From an uncultured Clostridia bacterium (GTDB lineage: Bacteria > Acidobacteriota > Aminicenantia > UBA2199): 64,000 bases of DNA. The number at the start of each line of letters is the position of its first letter. The first letter of the stretch is position 1. The position numbers and the translations under genes were made by a program. The notes under the pieces were generated by a model. That model searched no databases, had not been told where the DNA came from, and saw only the letters and a program-made list of their open reading frames with translations. Positions 56,892 through 64,000 of this stretch are shown piece by piece. The stretch is from assembly GCA_964502145.1 (NCBI GenBank), contig CAZCVI010000002.1, forward strand, positions 117,383-181,382, given 5' to 3'.

Positions 56892-59800
56892 ATGTCTAAA
56901 GGAAAAGAAACCATGAGAAAACAAACCAATGCCCCCTCCAAACTAGCTTTTGTTTTTCCCGGAATTGGTTCTTTATGGAAACAAATGGGCCTTCGCTTAT
57001 TACAAGAAGACGTTTTTCGCACGACGATCCAGGAATGCGATGAGGCCTTTCGTTTGAATCCCTCAGTCGCTTGGTCAATTGTAGAAGAGATCAACGCCCC
57101 GGTAGCGCTTTCAAGAATCGAAGATATCTGTATCGGTTATCCCTGCGGCTTGGCTATTGAGATAGCCTTAACCGCCTTATTAAAAAGCCGTGGTATCCTC
57201 CCCCATGCTGTAATCGGTCACAGTGGTGGCGAAATTCCCGCGGCTTATGCCGCAGGCATTCTGAATTTACCCGATGCCTTTCGCGCTATCTGGGGTCACT
57301 ATATGGAAATGAGCAAAAGAAACAACGCGGTCAACATGGCCTATATCGGCTTGCCCGTAACCAAAGTGGCGCAAACCATACAACTCCACCACGCCCAATC
57401 CCGCATATTCATCGCCGCTGTAAACAGTCCTAAATCCACCATCATCTCCGGTCACACAGACGCCATTAAACCCCTGCTGGAATCTCTCGCCAAAGAAAAA
57501 GTATTTTGCCGCATCTTGGACACCCTGGGCGCGTTTCATTCTCCGATCATGGAAGAGAATAGAACGGAAATTTATACCCGCTTAAAAGACATCCAAGCCA
57601 AAGAAGCCACCATCCCCTTTTACTCCTCCCTGTTAGGCAAATTGGGACACGATAATCTTGCGCTACCCTTGTACTGCACCAATCTGATGATACAACCCGT
57701 GTTGTTTGCCGATGGCATTCAAGCCCTGATTAAAGATGGCTATACCACCTTTTTAGAGATCAGCCCCCATCCCGTTCTTTCCAGAAATATCCAGGAAATA
57801 CTCGAAGCATGCAACCTAGAGAACGCACAGGTTCTGCCAACCTTAAAACGCGATGAGGACGACAAAAGAATGTTCGCAGAATGTCTCGACCATCTTGCCA
57901 CAGCCCACCCCGCATCACACACTTTCTTTTCGTCCCCGCCACCCACCATTGACCCCGCCCAAAAGAAAGCCTTTATCGTAACAACAATCACCCAATCCAT
58001 CCAGGACCTTTTAAAATGCCCCCCTGTTTCCCCTGTGGATGTCTACCTCGGTTTTTTTGATATGGGCTTTGATAGCATGAAAGCATTACAATTTAAAGAT
58101 ATATTATCCCAACGACTCGGTTTATCTCTCCCCGTGACCTTGATCTTTGATTATCCTGATATTCATTCCCTGAGCCACTATTTACTCTCCAGATTTACCC
58201 TATCAACCCCTGCCACAGAGGACAATAACCCGCTCCTTGAAACCAGTACAGAACCCATCGCCATCGTTGGCATGGCGTGTCGTTTTCCTGGTGGTGCCAA
58301 TACCCTCGATACCTTCTGGGACCTATTAAAAAACGGGCGGGATACCGTAAGCGATATCCCCGAGGAGCGTTGGAATGGTCAGATGTATTATTCTCCAGAG
58401 ATCACACCCGGAAAAACCAACACCCACCGGGGAAATTTTATTTCTGGTATTGATATCACCACCTTTGACGCCAATTTTTTCAAGATTTCACCCAAGGAAG
58501 CCAGAGCATTGGACCCCCAGCATCGGCTTCTTTTAGAAGTAACTGTTGAAGCTTTGGAAAATGCCGCCATTCCGCTGTTAAGTATCAGAGATAAACAAGT
58601 CGGCGTGTTTATCGGCATATGTTCCGATGATTATAAATTAGCCCACCTCCATGCCGCCGATTTAACCCACATGGATGCATACGCCGCCTCTGGTTCCATG
58701 CTTGGACCCGCCGCGGGCAGGATATCTTATTTCCTTGGGCTCAGAGGACCATCCCTGTCCGTTGATACCGCGTGCTCTTCTGCCCTGACCGCCCTTCATT
58801 ATGCAGTGTTATCGCTCCGCCACCGTGAATGTGAGACCGTCATCACCGGTGGCGTAAACTGTTTGTTATCCCCTAATATGTTCGTGTATTTGAGCCAGCT
58901 CAATACCTTGTCCCAAGATGGGACATGTAAAACCTTTGATGAAAAAGCCGATGGTTTTGGTAGGGGAGAAGGGTGTGGCGTTTTAGTATTAAAGCGCTTG
59001 TCCGATGCCCGGCGCGACAACGATAATATCTGGGCCATTATCCAGGGTTCCGCCGTGAACCACGATGGCGCCAGTGCCGGTTTCACCGCTCCCAATGGCG
59101 TCGCCCAGCAAGAAGTGATCCAAAAAGCCCTGTTAGATGCCCGTGTTTCCCCTGCCAGTGTCGATTATATTGAAACCCATGGAGCAGGCACGCCACTGGG
59201 CGACCCCATCGAAATACAAGCTATAGCGGAAGTATACGGTAAAAATCGGGCCCAAGATGTGCCCCTTCTCGTGGGCGCTGTAAAAACAAATATCGGACAC
59301 TTGGAAGCTGCCGCTGGCGTAGCTGGAATGATCAAAACCATCCTCTCCTTACATCACCACATCATCCCCCCTCACCTCCATGTCTCCCACCCCAACCCCC
59401 AGATCAACTGGGAACAGATCCCGGTAAAAATAAATACCGGTTTAACCCCCTGGTTCCCCCGTGAGCAACCCAGGCGTGCCGCCATCAGCGGTTTTGGCTT
59501 CAGCGGAACCAATGCCCACGTGATTATTCAAGAACCACCCCTTTGGGCAGATGAAACCAACACCACATCAGACCCATATCCCGTTCATATGTTGAATTTA
59601 TCCGCCAAAACCCCCCGTGCCTTAAACGAATTGGCCCGGTTATACACGGACTATCTTTCCAATCCATCTTTGCCTGATTTAGGCGATATATGTTATACTG
59701 CTGCCACCGGTCGTTCTCATTTTTCTTTTAGATATTCCGCCGTGGGCAAAGATGTTTCTGAAATCAAGCATAAGCTCGAATACTTCCTGGCCAATCAAAC

Positions 59801-62800
59801 CAATCATTCCACTGTCACCCAAGATAAAAACGAGCTGAATAAAAAAATCGCTTTCCTTTTCACCGGGCAGGGGTCGCAGTATGTTGGCATGGGCAAAGAG
59901 TTATACCATGCCGAACCCATATTTAAAGCCGCCTTAACCACCTGCGACCAACTCTTCCAAAAAGTACTGGACCTATCCATCATCGAATTATTGTATGCCC
60001 CCCTATCTACCGATGAGATCGTCGCCCAAGCCATTCATGCCCAACCCATTATTTTTGCCATCCAATATGCCCTGGTCAAACTCTGGCAATCCTGGGGCAT
60101 AGAACCCGCCCTGGTTATCGGACACAGCATCGGCGAATATGCCGCCGCGTGTACCGCTGGCGTTTTTAGCTTGGAAGATGCCGTCAAACTCGTGGCCATC
60201 CGGGGTCGATTAATGCAATCCGTCAGCCAATCCGGGCGCATGGCCGGTATTCTAACCTCCGAGGAAAACGCCCGCGCCTTTATCGCCCCCTATCAAAACG
60301 ACGTGTCCATCGCTGCTGTTAATGCCCCTGAAAATGTCACCATCTCCGGTAGCCTAGAATCCATAAACAACGTGTTGGCCCATGTTAAACAGGCAAAAAT
60401 TTTTATCGAACAACTTCCTATTTCCCATGCCTTTCATTCCGTGCTCATGGAACCCTATGTAGAGTCATTCAGTCGCGAAATCGCTGGAATTGTGTTCTCC
60501 CCCCCACAATTACCTTTCATTTCAACCGTTACCGGTTTACCCGCCCACCAAGAAATAACCCAGCCCCAGTATTGGGCGCAGCATTTTTGCCGTACCGTGC
60601 GCTATTATGACAGTATCACCTTGGCTCACACCCAGGGCGTCCAAATTTTTCTCGAAATCGGCGGCACTGCCACCCTAACAGGGCTCGCCGCCCAGTGTTT
60701 GCCCGCCACAAATGCCCTTTTTATTCCTTCCTTGCGAAAAGGAAAGTCTGCCTGCCAACAACTATTAACCAGTCTCTCCCAATTGTATACCCACGGCATA
60801 AATATCCAGTGGCAAAAATTTTATCACCCCTTTCAGTATAAAAAAGTAATCCTTCCCAACACCCCTTTTTTGCGTGAAAGGTTCTGGATGGATAACCTTC
60901 TTCCAGTCTTACCCACCCAGAAAAATGAATTAGTACAACCTATACCAGAGGAAATCGTGATCGAGGACACTAATAATATGGAAAATACAGCACACATTCT
61001 TATTGAAATAAAAGAGATGGTTCATACTATTTCCGGTTTGCGCCCCGAAGCGCTTGATGATGATTCCGAATTGTTTGCCATGGGACTCGATTCATTGATG
61101 ATGACCGAGTTACGGCGCAAAATAACCGGCCAGTATGGCATAGATATTTCTCTGAATGAATTTTTCATGGAATTAACCACCCTGCACAAAATAGCCCGAC
61201 ATCTCCAGCATAAGTTCCACCCCCTGGCAAAGAAAACGGCAGTCACCCCCCAGTTTATAGATACAATGACTATTCCAGCCCCGCAGGCAGGTGAAACCAT
61301 GCCTGTTTCCACCATGGAACGTATCCTGACGCAACAAATGGAGGCCATGAAAGAGCACTCTTTACGGATCTCCGATTTAGCGTTAAAACAATTGGAAGCC
61401 CTAAAGAATCTGCAGGTTCCCGTTCCTCCAGTTCCCCCCGTGGTCGCTCCTACTGTTGTAGCCGAACCTATCACCAAACCCCTTCACTTTTCCGCTACCG
61501 CCGATCTGCGCCAGCGCGGTTTGACCCTGCGGCAGCAGGAGCACTTGGATAGACTTATACAGCGTTATACCGCGCGCACCCATTCCTCCAAAGAACAGAC
61601 CCGCCACGACCGCGACGTCCTCGCCGATAGTAAAGGGACAGTCGGGTTTAATCTTGCCACCAAGGAAATGTTGTACCCCCTCATTGGCAAGTCTGCCAAA
61701 GGCTCCCGTATCTGGGATATTGATGGTAATGAATACGTCGACATCACCATGGGCTTTGGCGTCTATCTGTTTGGTCATCATCCCGAATTTCTCAAGAAAG
61801 CCTTCCGTGAACATCACGAAGATGCACCCGAATTAGGCCCCCGTTCCCCCTGGGTGGGCAAGGCCGCTGCTTTAATTGCGCAATTCACCCGTTTGGAACG
61901 TGTCGCTTTTGCCAATACCGGCACTGAAGCTGTCATGACCGCTATTCGTCTCGCCCGTGCCGCGACCGGACGCACCAAAATCGCCATGTTTTCCCGTTCT
62001 TACCACGGCCATTCCGATGGCACCCTGGCTGTCTCCACCATACGTAACGGTCAACTTTTTTCCGAACCCGTTTCACCCGGAATTCCCCATAGTGTTGTCC
62101 AGGAAACGATTGTTTTGGATTACCTCGAACCCCACGCCCTGGAGATTATCCGCCAACAGGGGCCCCAACTGGCTGCCGTGCTGGTTGAACCCGTGCAAAG
62201 CCGGTATCCCGATGTCAACCCCGCCCCATTTCTCCACGAATTAAGACGTATCACCCGGGAAACAGGTTGCCTGTTGATATTTGATGAAATGATTACCGGG
62301 TTCCGTATTCATCCTGGTGGCGCCCAGGCGTATTTTAATGTTGAGGCCGATATCTGTGTCTATGGAAAAATTATCGGTGGCGGTTTACCTATCGGTGTCA
62401 TTGCCGGGAAAGCCCACTATATGGATCACATCGACGGCGGTACCTGGGACTATGGCGATACCTCGTACCCTGCCGTGGAAAGAACCTTTTTCGGCGGCAC
62501 ATTCTGCCAGTACCACCAGGCCATGTTGGCCGCTACTACGGTTTTAGAATACCTCCAAGACCAGGGCCCCCAATTGCAACACCAATTGAATCTCAAAACA
62601 AAACAATTGGCCGATACACTCAATACTTATTTTGAAGAAAACAATATCACCATCCGTGTGCTTTATTTTGGTTCCATTTTCCGTTTCGAAATCCAGGGTG
62701 GTCTCGATTTATTTTACTTTCATATGTTGGAAAAAGGCGTGTACATCTGGGAGTGGCGTAATTGTTTCCTTTCTACCGCCCATACCCAGGAAGACCTGGA

Positions 62801-64000
62801 TCATATTTTTCGCGCCGTCAAAGAGACCGTGACCGAACTGGAACAAGGCGGTTTTTCCCTCCATAGCGGGCACTCCGCCACCTCCCAATCACATTCCGGG
62901 GACTACTATCCCATGTCCTCCGTGCAAAAACGATTGTTTGTGTTGAGTCAATCCCAGGAAGGGGACCGCGCCTACCATGTGCCTATTGCCGTGCAAATCG
63001 AGGGCCCAGTAAATATTGAAAAATTCCAGGCCATTTTCAAAGAGTTATTCCTGCGCCACGAGATATTTCGTACTGGCTTGGAAATAAAAGAGGAGCAGTG
63101 GGTGCAACATGTTTATCCAGTCGATGAAGTGGCATTTTCTATCCGTCATGTTAACATTAAAGAAACCGATATCAATACATTATTGGCAGAGCTGTTACGT
63201 CCCTTTGATCTATCCAAGCCCCCATTGTTACGTGCCACCATGGGTGAAATTTCTCCCACTCGCTTCGTATTCATTTTAAATTTCCATCACACCGTGATCG
63301 ATGGCGCTTCATTTACCCTCTTTATGCAAGACTTTTTCAATCTTTATAACCACCATCCGCTTCCCCCCGTCAAGATGCAGTATAAAGAATACACCCAGTG
63401 GGAACAACAGTACCTAAAGTCACCCGATTTTAAAGCCCAGGAGGAATATTGGTTGCACCAATTGGGCGGTGAACTCCCCCTGCTGGAATTACCCACCGAT
63501 TTTCCCAGGCCGCCCATTTTAGACTTTGAAGGCGATGTCTTCCGCTTTAAAATCCAGATTGATAAAGTCGACAGGGTGAAAGCACTGGCCAAAAAAACGG
63601 GTTCCAGTTTGAACATGCTGCTACTGGCTATATATAATGTACTCCTCTTTAAATTGACCCAGCAAGAAGACATGCTCGTGGGCATCCCCGCCAGTGTCAT
63701 CTGGAATGAGCAATTCGAGCGCACCGTCGGCATGTGTACCAATACCCTCGTCATCCGCAATTGTCCCGCCGGGAATAAACCCTTCACCCGCTTTTTAAAA
63801 GAAGTGAAAACCAATTGTTTACAAGCCTACTCCCACCAGGAATACCCCTATGAAGAATTGGTCAGTAAATTCCCAGGCAAACGAGATATTAGTCACAACC
63901 CGTTTGTGGATGTGATGTTTGTCTATGAAAACGGTAACAGTCGCTTATATGATCTGGCTGATCTGACCGTTACCCCCCGTGATATCAACGTGGGCGCCTC
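56892..64000 (+). CDS. Second megasynthase (partial; the 3' end lies outside the window): AT(loading, GHSGG)-ACP-KS-AT(GHSIGEY/HAFHS, malonyl-type)-ACP-PLP aminotransferase (class III, GSA-aminomutase-like)-C...
   Basis: Starts 2 nt after the stop of the first gene (alternative ATG at 56913 with an AGGAA-like SD). KS motifs DTACSSAL and HGAGTPLGD. Aminotransferase lysine motif YGKIIGGGLPIG at ~62363. C domain FHHTVIDGASF at ~63285 continues to the window end. Confidence 0.9.
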   Translation, partial: MSKGKETMRKQTNAPSKLAFVFPGIGSLWKQMGLRLLQEDVFRTTIQECDEAFRLNPSVAWSIVEEINAPVALSRIEDICIGYPCGLAIEIALTALLKSRGILPHAVIGHSGGEIPAAYAAGILNLPDAFRAIWGHYMEMSKRNNAVNMAYIGLPVTKVAQTIQLHHAQSRIFIAAVNSPKSTIISGHTDAIKPLLESLAKEKVFCRILDTLGAFHSPIMEENRTEIYTRLKDIQAKEATIPFYSSLLGKLGHDNLALPLYCTNLMIQPVLFADGIQALIKDGYTTFLEISPHPVLSRNIQEILEACNLENAQVLPTLKRDEDDKRMFAECLDHLATAHPASHTFFSSPPPTIDPAQKKAFIVTTITQSIQDLLKCPPVSPVDVYLGFFDMGFDSMKALQFKDILSQRLGLSLPVTLIFDYPDIHSLSHYLLSRFTLSTPATEDNNPLLETSTEPIAIVGMACRFPGGANTLDTFWDLLKNGRDTVSDIPEERWNGQMYYSPEITPGKTNTHRGNFISGIDITTFDANFFKISPKEARALDPQHRLLLEVTVEALENAAIPLLSIRDKQVGVFIGICSDDYKLAHLHAADLTHMDAYAASGSMLGPAAGRISYFLGLRGPSLSVDTACSSALTALHYAVLSLRHRECETVITGGVNCLLSPNMFVYLSQLNTLSQDGTCKTFDEKADGFGRGEGCGVLVLKRLSDARRDNDNIWAIIQGSAVNHDGASAGFTAPNGVAQQEVIQKALLDARVSPASVDYIETHGAGTPLGDPIEIQAIAEVYGKNRAQDVPLLVGAVKTNIGHLEAAAGVAGMIKTILSLHHHIIPPHLHVSHPNPQINWEQIPVKINTGLTPWFPREQPRRAAISGFGFSGTNAHVIIQEPPLWADETNTTSDPYPVHMLNLSAKTPRALNELARLYTDYLSNPSLPDLGDICYTAATGRSHFSFRYSAVGKDVSEIKHKLEYFLANQTNHSTVTQDKNELNKKIAFLFTGQGSQYVGMGKELYHAEPIFKAALTTCDQLFQKVLDLSIIELLYAPLSTDEIVAQAIHAQPIIFAIQYALVKLWQSWGIEPALVIGHSIGEYAAACTAGVFSLEDAVKLVAIRGRLMQSVSQSGRMAGILTSEENARAFIAPYQNDVSIAAVNAPENVTISGSLESINNVLAHVKQAKIFIEQLPISHAFHSVLMEPYVESFSREIAGIVFSPPQLPFISTVTGLPAHQEITQPQYWAQHFCRTVRYYDSITLAHTQGVQIFLEIGGTATLTGLAAQCLPATNALFIPSLRKGKSACQQLLTSLSQLYTHGINIQWQKFYHPFQYKKVILPNTPFLRERFWMDNLLPVLPTQKNELVQPIPEEIVIEDTNNMENTAHILIEIKEMVHTISGLRPEALDDDSELFAMGLDSLMMTELRRKITGQYGIDISLNEFFMELTTLHKIARHLQHKFHPLAKKTAVTPQFIDTMTIPAPQAGETMPVSTMERILTQQMEAMKEHSLRISDLALKQLEALKNLQVPVPPVPPVVAPTVVAEPITKPLHFSATADLRQRGLTLRQQEHLDRLIQRYTARTHSSKEQTRHDRDVLADSKGTVGFNLATKEMLYPLIGKSAKGSRIWDIDGNEYVDITMGFGVYLFGHHPEFLKKAFREHHEDAPELGPRSPWVGKAAALIAQFTRLERVAFANTGTEAVMTAIRLARAATGRTKIAMFSRSYHGHSDGTLAVSTIRNGQLFSEPVSPGIPHSVVQETIVLDYLEPHALEIIRQQGPQLAAVLVEPVQSRYPDVNPAPFLHELRRITRETGCLLIFDEMITGFRIHPGGAQAYFNVEADICVYGKIIGGGLPIGVIAGKAHYMDHIDGGTWDYGDTSYPAVERTFFGGTFCQYHQAMLAATTVLEYLQDQGPQLQHQLNLKTKQLADTLNTYFEENNITIRVLYFGSIFRFEIQGGLDLFYFHMLEKGVYIWEWRNCFLSTAHTQEDLDHIFRAVKETVTELEQGGFSLHSGHSATSQSHSGDYYPMSSVQKRLFVLSQSQEGDRAYHVPIAVQIEGPVNIEKFQAIFKELFLRHEIFRTGLEIKEEQWVQHVYPVDEVAFSIRHVNIKETDINTLLAELLRPFDLSKPPLLRATMGEISPTRFVFILNFHHTVIDGASFTLFMQDFFNLYNHHPLPPVKMQYKEYTQWEQQYLKSPDFKAQEEYWLHQLGGELPLLELPTDFPRPPILDFEGDVFRFKIQIDKVDRVKALAKKTGSSLNMLLLAIYNVLLFKLTQQEDMLVGIPASVIWNEQFERTVGMCTNTLVIRNCPAGNKPFTRFLKEVKTNCLQAYSHQEYPYEELVSKFPGKRDISHNPFVDVMFVYENGNSRLYDLADLTVTPRDINVGA
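61560..62860 (+). other. Integrated PLP-dependent aminotransferase (AMT) domain, MycA/McyE-type, after KS-AT-ACP
   Basis: IWDIDGNEYVDITMGFGVYLFGH, FDEMITGFR and GKIIGGGLP (PLP Lys) match glutamate-1-semialdehyde aminomutase-type class III aminotransferases found in beta-amino-acid-forming PKS modules. Confidence 0.75.

Noticed and set aside
1-64000. Assigning the window to a cyanobacterium because of AMT-type PKS, NHLP precursor, Rpn-family genes and short tandem repeats
   Set aside because: No enrichment of the HIP1 octamer GCGATCGC was seen. An S46 peptidase is present, the repeats have a 9-nt and not a 7-nt period, and GC and SD usage are not diagnostic. Taxonomy is left open.

Overview
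This 64-kb window is bacterial DNA with moderate to low GC. Several genes are preceded by Shine-Dalgarno-like GGAGG sites. It has no rRNA, one tRNA and no CRISPR array. Read 5' to 3', it contains: (i) two tandem Rpn/YhgA-like (TIGR01784-type) putative transposase/nuclease paralogs, the first truncated by the window edge; (ii) a ~1320-aa secreted multidomain protein with BACON/Ig-like repeats and a 501-aa hypothetical protein on the minus strand; (iii) a toxin-antitoxin islet with a HigB/HigA-like pair flanked by a 51-bp direct repeat and a MazF/MazE-like pair, then a flotillin (SPFH) gene; (iv) a compact RiPP (ribosomally synthesized, post-translationally modified peptide) cluster at 12.0-16.9 kb, made of a B12-binding radical SAM gene (Cx4Cx2C), a fused E1-like/YcaO cyclodehydratase and a 165-aa nitrile-hydratase-leader (NHLP, proteusin-like) precursor ending in Cys-Cys; (v) a 1758-aa kinase-like/AAA/GAF/PP2C signalling protein; (vi) housekeeping-type genes: a GlmS-like amidotransferase, AlkD-like and Nth-like repair proteins, an Fe-S/radical-SAM-like protein, an SDR, tRNA-Gly(CCC), cysC, a methyltransferase and an S46 peptidase; (vii) after a repeat-dense AT-rich divergent promoter region, an 18.8-kb hybrid NRPS/PKS gene (38071-56889) with domain order C-A-T-C-A*-T-C-A-T-KS-AT-T-C-A-T-C, followed by a second megasynthase gene (56892 to window end) with AT-ACP-KS-AT-ACP-aminotransferase-C. 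The main observation is that the second adenylation domain (A*) is split between core motifs A2 and A3 by a ~590-aa insert. The insert carries a canonical CxxxCxxC radical SAM core followed by a cobalamin-binding-like domain, so it is a radical SAM enzyme embedded in cis inside an NRPS A domain. A second unusual feature is a family of 9-bp tandem repeats (WATGGGARN / NNTCCCATN). It occurs in intergenic DNA and, in inverted orientation and in frame, inside two A domains of the NRPS, where it encodes Ile/Pro-rich (IPIPP) linkers. The organism cannot be assigned from sequence alone. No cyanobacterial HIP1 enrichment was seen.
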